The notes beneath the pieces are model-generated. The model did not search any database. It was not told the DNA's origin and saw only the letters and a program-made list of their open reading frames with translations. Shown piece by piece: positions 16,800 to 24,320 of a DNA stretch of 64,000 bases. How positions within the stretch are numbered: position 1 is the stretch's first letter; every line of letters begins with the position of its first letter. Source of the DNA: an uncultured Caldithrix sp. (lineage in GTDB: Bacteria > Electryoneota > AABM5-125-24 > Hatepunaeales > Hatepunaeaceae); assembly GCA_964355675.1 (NCBI GenBank), contig CAYHEC010000006.1:1-64000 (forward strand), given 5' to 3'. The position numbers and the translations under genes were made by a program.

Positions 16800-17160
16800 G
16801 GTAGTCCCTAATATCGGTTATGCGGATGCGGTGAATTTTGCCTAAATCGTATTCCATAGAAGGAACGCCGTCCTCTGATAATGCTGAGAAGCATATTCGC
16901 CAACCGTCCTTCAGTACAACCGCCCACTCTTCTTGACGCGATCCTTGAAGTTTATGTCTTCTTAGCGGGGGCGTGACTGGAACATCTTTCAGACTGTCAA
17001 AAGATTGAAGTTCGACGATTCGCTGAAAGAGCCTTCTCATGTACAACTCGTTACGCAGCTTGCGCCTTGCAGCAGCTTCTGTGGTGCAGATTTTTTCTAA
17101 ACTGCCATTCTTGTAGCTAATATACATGAGCTTTTCCGGAAATGCAATACGCCCGTTCAC
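16792..17160 (-). CDS. higB: HigB-like (RelE-superfamily, plasmid-maintenance killer) toxin; likely start is Met12 at 17127
   Basis: SLEKICTTEAAARRKL...RLFQRIVELQSFDSLKDV...RRHKLQGSRQEEWAVVLKDGWRICF...ITDIRDYH fits the HigB family pattern. Toxin-first gene order is typical of higBA. Confidence 0.8.
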   Translation of the reverse strand: MNGRIAFPEKLMYISYKNGSLEKICTTEAAARRKLRNELYMRRLFQRIVELQSFDSLKDVPVTPPLRRHKLQGSRQEEWAVVLKDGWRICFSALSEDGVPSMEYDLGKIHRIRITDIRDYHG

Positions 17161-17244
17161 CCTATGGGCGAATTATTAAATCGAATAAATTGTTTTCGTT
17201 TCTAGTATGCAAGCCAGCCGAGGCAACAGAGGCTTTGTTTTAGT

Positions 17245-17272
17245 GACAACACGGACGGTTATCCTAAGCGAC
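17245..17272. repeat. 28-nt repeat GACAACACGGACGGTTATCCTAAGCGAC (left copy of a pair)
   Basis: 24/28 identical to 18042-18069 (GACAACCGGGACGGTCATCCTACGCGAC), same orientation. The pair brackets the DUF4160/DUF2442 genes. Confidence 0.8.
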
Positions 17273-17277
17273 GAAAG

Positions 17278-17550
17278 TTAATTTTCAATGGGCTCCCGTC
17301 CCTCTACCAACGGCCCCACCGCGAGGTCTTCGTCGATCAGCGGCCAATGAATGCCGTAGCCGGAGGGGGACATTCTTAACCCCTGTCGCTCCAAGTCCGA
17401 AGCCATGGAGAGAGACAGAGAACATTCCTCCCACTTCAGAAAGTACCGCCCAGCGCCGGTCACAATAGTCAAGCCTTCTTTGGTCGCGCTGACCTCCTTG
17501 GCAAGGATGACCTGTCTCCGGTATTCTACCGGTTGTGCAATTTCTGCCAT
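17278..17550 (-). CDS. DUF2442 domain protein (putative antitoxin-like partner of DUF4160)
   Basis: MSPSGYGIHWPLIDEDLAVGPL is the typical DUF2442 C-terminal motif. Overlaps the upstream DUF4160 gene. Confidence 0.75.
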   Translation of the reverse strand: MAEIAQPVEYRRQVILAKEVSATKEGLTIVTGAGRYFLKWEECSLSLSMASDLERQGLRMSPSGYGIHWPLIDEDLAVGPLVEGREPIEN

Positions 17551-17777
17551 GCCAGGGTAACCTCCTCTAAATTCTCAAAAATGATTTGACGCACCTCGCG
17601 TCTCAGCGCTGGCGTCATTCGCCAAGCCCAAGCTTCCTCTATCTCGAAGTCATCCACCCGAACCCAATACTTGCATTCCGCGTCGCCCTTTTCAGCGTGG
17701 ACATGCATCGGTTCGATTCCCTCGTTCGGGTAGATGATGATATGCCAGCCATGCTGATAAACGATTGTCGGGCTCAT
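17526..17777 (-). CDS. DUF4160 domain protein
   Basis: MSPTIVYQHGWHIIIYPNEGIEPMHVHAEKGDAECKYWV fits the DUF4160 N-terminal pattern. Confidence 0.75.
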   Translation of the reverse strand: MSPTIVYQHGWHIIIYPNEGIEPMHVHAEKGDAECKYWVRVDDFEIEEAWAWRMTPALRREVRQIIFENLEEVTLAWQKLHNR

Positions 17778-18041
17778 TGCGCTACTCCCCTTTTGCTGTT
17801 GATATCAAATATACCTAACGAGCAGGATTATTCCAATAGGTACTTGTTCCCTTGCTCCTTCGTAGTTAGCCATGACAGGCGGAAACTGCCAAGCCTTAAA
17901 GCCTTCACTGCGCAATGAGTTGAAGCAAGTTAATATTGCGGCACAACCTACTTGCTTGCAAGTCAGGTATCAATCGTCTAAAGTGACAAACTAAAGTCTG
18001 TCGTACCCATCCCATTCGGGCTGGAAGCCCGACCTACAAGC

Positions 18042-18069
18042 GACAACCGGGACGGTCATCCTACGCGAC
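18042..18069. repeat. 28-nt repeat (right copy), followed by hairpin GACAGATTTGGAAATCTGTC (18068-18087)
   Basis: See 17245-17272. The reverse complement reads GTAGGACAGATTTCCAAATCTGTCGCGTAGG. Confidence 0.8.
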
Positions 18070-18086
18070 AGATTTGGAAATCTGTC

Positions 18087-18407
18087 CTACCCAATCCCCT
18101 TGAATATCCCCTTCAGGAACAGCGCCACCCCCGTCAGGCAGAAAAGCGCCGAGAGTCCCATCAGCGCGTAATAGACCGGTTCCTCGAGATGGCGGCCACT
18201 CTTCAGCGCCATCGTTATCGTTTCGCCCAACCCCTCCGGCGGCCGCATCGAATAAACGATGCTCCCGCCCACTATACCAATCGCTAAAAGAATGATCCCT
18301 TTGATGGTCATGGTTTCTCCAATTTTATTTGTCCGACTTGCCAAGGAGCCTGTAATGTCGAACGGATTTGGACAGGCCGAAATGACGCGTCTTTGATTGG
18401 CACGCAA
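18087..18407 (-). CDS. Small membrane protein; likely start is Met33 at 18311
   Basis: Two predicted TM helices (IILLAIGIVGGSIVY; YYALMGLSALFCLTGVALFL). The stop TAG is embedded in a GTAGG hairpin. Confidence 0.4.
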   Translation of the reverse strand: MRANQRRVISACPNPFDITGSLASRTNKIGETMTIKGIILLAIGIVGGSIVYSMRPPEGLGETITMALKSGRHLEEPVYYALMGLSALFCLTGVALFLKGIFKGIG

Positions 18408-18464
18408 CCGACAGCGACGCCGGTGCTACCAATCCTACAATCTATCCCAAATTCTTTACTAAGT

Positions 18465-18507
18465 CAATAACAAAACAAAAGCGGCGTCGCACGAGACATG
18501 CGACGCC
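18465..18507 (-). terminator. Rho-independent terminator of hflKC
   Basis: On the minus strand: GGCGTCGCA-7 nt loop-TGCGACGCC (18483-18507) followed by GCTTTTGTTTTGTT. Confidence 0.65.
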
Positions 18508-18561
18508 ACTTTCAAGACATGCCTTACTGCCGACTACGGGGAGTCGGCAGAAGAACCAGTG

Positions 18562-19398
18562 TTACTTCAACCACTTCAGCCACTCCGTCTCGGGCGGCAA
18601 GACCAGCACCGTCGTCGAGTCGATGATCTTCTTGTACGCCTCCATGCTCCTGAAAAAGTCGTAAAATTCCGGGTCCTTGCCAAACGACTTCGCGTAGATG
18701 TCGATCGCCTTCGCCTCAGCCGCCCCGCGGACAGTTTGTGACTCACGGTACGCCTCCGCCATCAGCACCACCTTCAGCGAATCCGCCGCCGCCCGAATCT
18801 TCAACGCCTCTTCCTCGCCCTCCGAACGGTACTGGTTGGCAATCCGCTTCCGCTCAGCACGCATCCGCTCAAAGACCGACTTCTCATTCTGAGGCGGAAG
18901 ATCTGCCCGCTTGATCCGCACATCGACGACCTCGATACCGTAAGCCTTCGCCGCTTCGTTGGTTCTCGCGGTCACCTTCAGCATCAGCTCCTCCCGGTTG
19001 GTCGTCACAACTTCCTCGACGTCGTGCTTGCCAAGCTCGACCCTGAGCTCCGAATAAATGATGTCGTCGAGGCGCGCCTGAGCCCCGTTTTCATCGTGTA
19101 CACTGATGAAAAACTTCAGCGGATCGACGATGCGCCACTTGGCATAGTTGTCGAGAAGCAAGTTCTTCTTGTCCTGCGTCAGGATTTCCGTCGGGCTGGA
19201 GTCGTAGTCCAGTAGCCGTTTGTCAAAATAAGTCACCGCCTGGAACGGCCAGGGCAGTTTCAGGTGCAAGCCCGGTGTGGTGACCGTAGCAACCGGAGCG
19301 CCAAACTGCAACACAATCGCCTGATTGATCTCATCGACCTGGTAAATCGATGATAAGACAAGAATTATGGCTACCGCAATAAGAATCAGCTTATTCAT
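18562..19398 (-). CDS. hflC: FtsH protease modulator HflC (SPFH family)
   Basis: N-terminal TM helix and an SPFH core (VDVRIKRADLPPQNEKSVFERMRAERKRIA). 4-nt overlap with the upstream hflK. Confidence 0.9.
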   Translation of the reverse strand: MNKLILIAVAIILVLSSIYQVDEINQAIVLQFGAPVATVTTPGLHLKLPWPFQAVTYFDKRLLDYDSSPTEILTQDKKNLLLDNYAKWRIVDPLKFFISVHDENGAQARLDDIIYSELRVELGKHDVEEVVTTNREELMLKVTARTNEAAKAYGIEVVDVRIKRADLPPQNEKSVFERMRAERKRIANQYRSEGEEEALKIRAAADSLKVVLMAEAYRESQTVRGAAEAKAIDIYAKSFGKDPEFYDFFRSMEAYKKIIDSTTVLVLPPETEWLKWLK

Positions 19399-20381
19399 TT
19401 CCCACCTCCCTGCAGATTAAGCAGGTTGATCAGCCCGCCGTTCTTGTCACCCTTCACGATGTATTTCTTCAGCCCCGGTAGCACTTCCTCAAGCGTTTCC
19501 AAAAGCATCCGTTTGCGAGTCACTTCCTTCGCCTGACGGTATTCGTTCAAAACCTGATTGAAATTTGATGCGTCGCCTTCTGCCTTGGACACACGCTCCG
19601 AAGCGTAAGCTTCCGCACCCTTGACAAGCTGAGCCGCCTTACCGCGCACTCTTGGGATGATGTCCGAGCGGTAGGCTTCCGCTTCGTTAATCAGCTTCTC
19701 ACGGTCTTCGCGCGCCGAGGCGACGTCCTTGAACGCATCGACTACCGCATCGGGTGGGTGGACATCCTGAAGTTGCACGGCGACGATTTTAAGACCCGCG
19801 TCGTAGCTGTCCAGAATTCGTTGTAGCAGGATCATCGTCTCCTCCTGAATCTGTCCCTTGCCGCTGGTGAGGATTTCATCGATCTCGTGCTTGCCAACGA
19901 CCTGCCTCAGCGCCGCTTCGATAGGACGCGACGTGGCTTCGATGTCGCGCACCTTGAAGAGGAACTTCACCGGATCGATGATGCGATACTGGATGATGAG
20001 GTCAACCTTGACGATGTTCAGGTTGCCGGTCAGCATCTGCGACTCTTCCGGTTTATCGAGGTAGCGTGCCGGCGGACCCGGATCGACGGTGCGGAAGCCA
20101 ATCTCGGCGCGCCTGACCGACGAGACAGCGACTTTATCGACGCGCTCGACGGGCCACGGCAAGCGGTAGTGGATGCCGGGCGAAGTGACGCGGACGAAGG
20201 CTCCGAAGCGCCGGATGACGCCTTGCTGATCGGCGGCAACGACATAAACGCCAGTCGCCAGCCATACGGCGATGACGATGTAAAACAGCATTTTTTTGCC
20301 TGTCCCGAATATGGAGCTGACGTCGGGCACTTCGATGACTTCACCGTTAGGCAAAGTTACGTTTCGTGTTGGAATTTTCAT
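19395..20381 (-). CDS. hflK: FtsH protease modulator HflK
   Basis: TM helix then an SPFH domain (VVAADQQGVIRRFG...; VQLQDVHPPDAVVDAFKDV). Paired with hflC. Confidence 0.9.
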   Translation of the reverse strand: MKIPTRNVTLPNGEVIEVPDVSSIFGTGKKMLFYIVIAVWLATGVYVVAADQQGVIRRFGAFVRVTSPGIHYRLPWPVERVDKVAVSSVRRAEIGFRTVDPGPPARYLDKPEESQMLTGNLNIVKVDLIIQYRIIDPVKFLFKVRDIEATSRPIEAALRQVVGKHEIDEILTSGKGQIQEETMILLQRILDSYDAGLKIVAVQLQDVHPPDAVVDAFKDVASAREDREKLINEAEAYRSDIIPRVRGKAAQLVKGAEAYASERVSKAEGDASNFNQVLNEYRQAKEVTRKRMLLETLEEVLPGLKKYIVKGDKNGGLINLLNLQGGGK

Positions 20382-20394
20382 TTGGTTTCCTTTT

Positions 20395-20446
20395 AGTACG
20401 ACAGGCGTCCCTGCCTGTCACCTCATCATTCCGGCGAAAGCCGGAA
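20395..20446. repeat. Hairpin repeats AGTACGACAGGCGTCCCTGCCTGTCAC (20395-20421) and ATTCCGGC-GAAA-GCCGGAAT (20427-20446)
   Basis: The first is an exact copy of 9432-9458. The second belongs to the CATTCC-hairpin family (4357-4377, 15153-15175). Confidence 0.85.
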
Positions 20447-20674
20447 TCTATTCGATTCCCCCCTCCTGCTATTTGCAGGGGGGTGCAGGGGCGTGTCTTT
20501 GCGAGGAATGTAGTGACGAGGCAATCTTAGCACGATGGGTCTCTGTACCCGTCACCATATTTTACCACCCGATAGAACGACAATGTTTCATTCCGTTGTC
20601 AACTTGTTTTCCAATAATTGCAGTAACTTACTAAACATTCCCGCCAGACTGATGATGAGTATTAGGAAATCCAA

Positions 20675-21349
20675 CTAAGGCGCTTTGTAATATACTGCGG
20701 TAGGCCCCATATACTTAATACCCTCTTTTTGCTCTAAAAGTAGTCGAGCAATTTCCAGCTTGTGAGTTTCTCTTTTATGTTGCCTAACATAATCTACGGC
20801 ACTTCGCAAAAGATATAATTTCAAGTAGTCGGCGGTACTCTCGAGGCTTAACCTGCCCTGAATGAATTTGCTAAAAGTGGCAATTAAGGATTTAGTAATT
20901 ATCGCTTTTGTATTCACAGTGACAGTTCTGTTTGTACCATCAATTGGCTCAAATCCAATTTTATCAAATCCAACAAAGGCTTTTGCTCCGATCTCCATTG
21001 CTTTCATACCTAAGCTTTCGGAACCACAACTGAAACAAAACACCGCTTTATTCTTGAACAAACTTAAGTTATCTTTATTAATGATTTCGGTAGATTCTCT
21101 TGTTTCTACAGCAATGCGATCTCTGTATTCACCTCCGTAAACACAATCATCACGGCCATGTGCCATTATGATTACAAATTCTACGCTTGCTTTTTCAAGT
21201 TCGACTAAGGCTAAGTTCTGATCACACTTATCGCTGAGTCTAAAAGATTTAAATGCATGTTTTTCCAACATAGTCACAACTGGTCCTAAATATTTTGTAT
21301 CTTCTGCAACAGAGTGAATACAAATACTACGATTTGTAGATTCGGTCAT
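20675..21349 (-). CDS. Caspase-haemoglobinase-fold / CHAT-like putative cysteine protease (gene 4 of the dcm operon)
   Basis: Beta-alpha-beta order with VIIMAH64G (His codon 21158-21160) and VFCFSC108GS (Cys codon 21026-21028), followed by MEIGAKAFVGF. This matches the His-Cys dyad context of caspase/CHAT domains. 4-nt ATGA overlap with the upstream gene. Confidence 0.5.
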   Translation of the reverse strand: MTESTNRSICIHSVAEDTKYLGPVVTMLEKHAFKSFRLSDKCDQNLALVELEKASVEFVIIMAHGRDDCVYGGEYRDRIAVETRESTEIINKDNLSLFKNKAVFCFSCGSESLGMKAMEIGAKAFVGFDKIGFEPIDGTNRTVTVNTKAIITKSLIATFSKFIQGRLSLESTADYLKLYLLRSAVDYVRQHKRETHKLEIARLLLEQKEGIKYMGPTAVYYKAP

Positions 21350-22014
21350 TTATTTAAGTCAACTAAACATGCCACACCGAACTCAACAATTTCATGAGCA
21401 AGTCGCTTACCAATTTCATTTTGTTGTCTTACCGATTCTGCAAGCTCACGGAAACTTTTTCCATCTAAACCGGAGTTGGTTGTCTTCGCAAACAATCGCT
21501 CGTGTTTCATCAGAAATCTATCTGCCAACAAACACAGTGGCGGTGTCCCTAATGCCGTATAAACTTCATTCGGGAGATCGTCGCGCGAAATGAACCGATC
21601 AATCTCAGCGTCAAGTAGCTTTCTTAATAACTCTTCGGAAGTTTTCAATTTACTTGTCTTATCGTTTTCAATGACTTTTAGAAGCGTTTTACTCAGGGTT
21701 CCAGAATATAGCATCAGAATTGCTGCCCGATTCATAGCCCTAATAATTGCGATTATTTGGAGCGATAAATGAATTGCTGACGAAGGCTCGCTATTCGCAT
21801 CCAAGTTGATGTCAACTAAAACAACATCCCAGAATTCACTCGCGCGTTCTTGCACTTCCTTCAGAAAATTATCCCTGCTATGGCCTGACGAAAAGTCGAT
21901 TGGATTTATTTGATGGATATAAACCTCACCATATTCTCCCTCAATAGCACGTTTTGTCTCAGTAAATGCATTTGCATTTCTTATATCATCAATTGCGAGA
22001 ATACGGATTTTCAT
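21346..22014 (-). CDS. CheY-like receiver (REC) domain protein with an uncharacterised helical C-terminal domain (gene 3)
   Basis: MKIRILAIDD (acidic pair), FWDVVLVD68INL (putative phospho-acceptor, codon 21811-21813), AAILMLYSG (conserved Ser/Thr position). 4-nt overlaps on both sides. Confidence 0.55.
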   Translation of the reverse strand: MKIRILAIDDIRNANAFTETKRAIEGEYGEVYIHQINPIDFSSGHSRDNFLKEVQERASEFWDVVLVDINLDANSEPSSAIHLSLQIIAIIRAMNRAAILMLYSGTLSKTLLKVIENDKTSKLKTSEELLRKLLDAEIDRFISRDDLPNEVYTALGTPPLCLLADRFLMKHERLFAKTTNSGLDGKSFRELAESVRQQNEIGKRLAHEIVEFGVACLVDLNK

Positions 22015-24320
22015 GCTATAAACTCCAATACGAATTTTGCACCCCCGAGGATCGGATCATTACCTTCGAGAGAAATTTTCCCATTCATGTCTTTCATAAT
22101 ATCCCTGCACGTATATAACCCAATTCCGGATCCTCCCCGTCCACTAATTCCAAGTTCGAAAAGTGAATCAACGAGACCTTTCTTAACTGCCTCTCCATCA
22201 TTGGATATTGTGACAAGCATCCTCCCATTAGACGATGTGATACTAACAAGGAGATTTCTTGCATGTGCCTTAATAGCATTATCCACTAAGTTATCAAATA
22301 ATATTGTAATCGCCATCGGTCTGAATAGCCTTACAAATTCATTATTGTCATAAGTAATAGAGACTTTCGGTGTTGGTCTTGGTAAATCATCACCCTTTAG
22401 GTATTCGTATATAAATCGCCCTAAATCGTTCCGAATTTGTTCGACCTTTAGATTGAAATCGGCCTTAGTAACAATGCTACTTACTTTTACAGTCTCATCA
22501 ATCCATAGCTTAATTTTACTCAGAGAATCAAGTAAGCTATCTCTATCGTATTTATCGCGTTTAATATCGCTAATGAGAGAGCTTATTGTTCCACGCATTT
22601 TTTGTGCGGATAACTTGATCCAATGATCCAAATTATCACGAATCTCTTCTGGATTTCTCGCATTTGCTAACAGGAAAATATTCTTCCGTCGCTCAGTCTC
22701 ATACCTTCGTTCTGCCTGTTTACGCGACTGTTTGGCTTCTACAGCTTCCTTTTCGGCTTCTTCGCGAGCGGCTGTCAAGTCTGCATAGCGTTTTTCAATC
22801 AAGGCTATCTCTTTAAGAAGCGATTCATTGCCTGTATTCATTGCAATTCGCTTTAGATTCGATAGTGTGGACACGACACTTGCGGATTGTCGGTCGCTTA
22901 AGATATCAAGGAGTTTTTGATCGTACTCAATATCCAAAATATCTTTGGAGTCAGTCAATTTCTTGATGATCTCAAGTATATCGACTTTAACATCAATCGG
23001 TAGCAGTTCTTCATCTGTTCCTTTTGGCGGAGTACCCCATTTAATGGTTTCTATAGTATATTTTTCCAAGCGTTTCAAGGCGTAATCCCAAAAAAATTCT
23101 TGCAAATCACGCCATTCAGGTGAATCTATAAAGCCAGCATTCCTGCTTGAGGTTTCCCTGAAATGTGAGTCATCACCATACACCTCTATACGACCCGAAA
23201 GCTCTCTTGTCCCAAGATTTCGATAGTATCCTTGCTGTTTTCTTCGATCGATACCAAGCCCATCATCACCTTCATCACCAAATGGGTGTAAACGAAAGCC
23301 ATTTTTATACACAAATACAGAACCATAGGCAACATTATGCATACCTACAGCCCTATGGAAATGTAATTTTGCAGATCTATTGAGAGCAAACAGATAGATA
23401 CGGACATTGGCTAAAGAATCATACGGACATTTTTCAGTGATGCGATATATCAATGAACCGCGATCAGTTAGAGTTGTAGATACAGTTTCACATTTACTAT
23501 CTACGACACATTGTATCTGCGTAGTCCTAAGTCTCAAATCTTCAAAAAGAAAGTTTCGTATTGTACCATTTATACAATTTCTCTCGTCTTCTTCAAGCTC
23601 ATCTGAAAATTGCTCTTCCGGAACAATCAGTTCAATAGTAAATCCCTCCGCATCATTCTCCTGATTAGGGTTTATCAATTTGCGCAATGCATCGCGTAGC
23701 TTTTTAATTTTTAAACGATCCCATGTCTCGCGTAGGCCAGAAATCTCTAAAATGGTTCCTACATTGAGATTGTAAGGATTTCTTTCACTGGAGGAAATAC
23801 TCACATGAATATCGACGAATTCTTTCTTACTGTCTTCCTCAAATTCCTGCCAATCAACATCCACTCTTTCAATAAGTTCATTTGCATTAGCACGCGTGTA
23901 AAGGCTCAGAAGATTGCCTAACCTATCACATGAAAAACGCCCTATCCCCTTCGCTCCGGCAAATGTGCGCTTACCGACAATTTTATTGCGATAATCTCTT
24001 GATTGGTCAAATAGGTCGTCTTCGACTCCTTCGTGTTTTGCAGAATATGCAACAAATAGCCATTTATTTACAACATCATCAGGAGTCATGCCTTTACCAT
24101 CGTCCGCAATGATAAGTCGAGGAGCAGACGTGCGAAGTCCTTCGAATCGTATTTGTACACTACGCGCATGGGCATCGAATGAGTTCTTTACTAATTCAAA
24201 TACAGCAACAAAATCATCGGTGATTAGTTCACGCCCGATGATCTTCTTTAATGCCGAGCTGATCCGGAATGTGGCCGGGCGTTTAGGCATCTGACAACAC
24301 CTTCTTAATCGACATTCCAA
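22011..24320 (-). CDS. Dual GHKL ATPase: N-terminal HATPase_c_3/MORC-MutL-like module, coiled coil, and a C-terminal histidine-kinase-type ATPase module (gene 2); probable start is the ATG at 24290
   Basis: N-terminal N-box ELVKNSFDA (nt 24171-24197), G1 DDGKGM and G2 GAKGIGRFS. Coiled coil LTAAREEAEKEAVEAKQSRKQAERRYETERRK. C-terminal NLVDNAIKA, NDGEAV and GRGGSGIGLY (nt ~22014-22292). The ATG at 24290 overlaps the dcm stop (ATGCCTAA). Confidence 0.75.
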   Translation of the reverse strand: MECRLRRCCQMPKRPATFRISSALKKIIGRELITDDFVAVFELVKNSFDAHARSVQIRFEGLRTSAPRLIIADDGKGMTPDDVVNKWLFVAYSAKHEGVEDDLFDQSRDYRNKIVGKRTFAGAKGIGRFSCDRLGNLLSLYTRANANELIERVDVDWQEFEEDSKKEFVDIHVSISSSERNPYNLNVGTILEISGLRETWDRLKIKKLRDALRKLINPNQENDAEGFTIELIVPEEQFSDELEEDERNCINGTIRNFLFEDLRLRTTQIQCVVDSKCETVSTTLTDRGSLIYRITEKCPYDSLANVRIYLFALNRSAKLHFHRAVGMHNVAYGSVFVYKNGFRLHPFGDEGDDGLGIDRRKQQGYYRNLGTRELSGRIEVYGDDSHFRETSSRNAGFIDSPEWRDLQEFFWDYALKRLEKYTIETIKWGTPPKGTDEELLPIDVKVDILEIIKKLTDSKDILDIEYDQKLLDILSDRQSASVVSTLSNLKRIAMNTGNESLLKEIALIEKRYADLTAAREEAEKEAVEAKQSRKQAERRYETERRKNIFLLANARNPEEIRDNLDHWIKLSAQKMRGTISSLISDIKRDKYDRDSLLDSLSKIKLWIDETVKVSSIVTKADFNLKVEQIRNDLGRFIYEYLKGDDLPRPTPKVSITYDNNEFVRLFRPMAITILFDNLVDNAIKAHARNLLVSITSSNGRMLVTISNDGEAVKKGLVDSLFELGISGRGGSGIGLYTCRDIMKDMNGKISLEGNDPILGGAKFVLEFIA

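Noticed and set aside
17700-17730. GGTTCGATTCC-like string suggestive of a tRNA T-arm
   Set aside because: It lies inside the DUF4160 CDS, and no acceptor, D or anticodon arms can be built around it. No tRNA-like cloverleaf was found anywhere in the intergenic regions I read.
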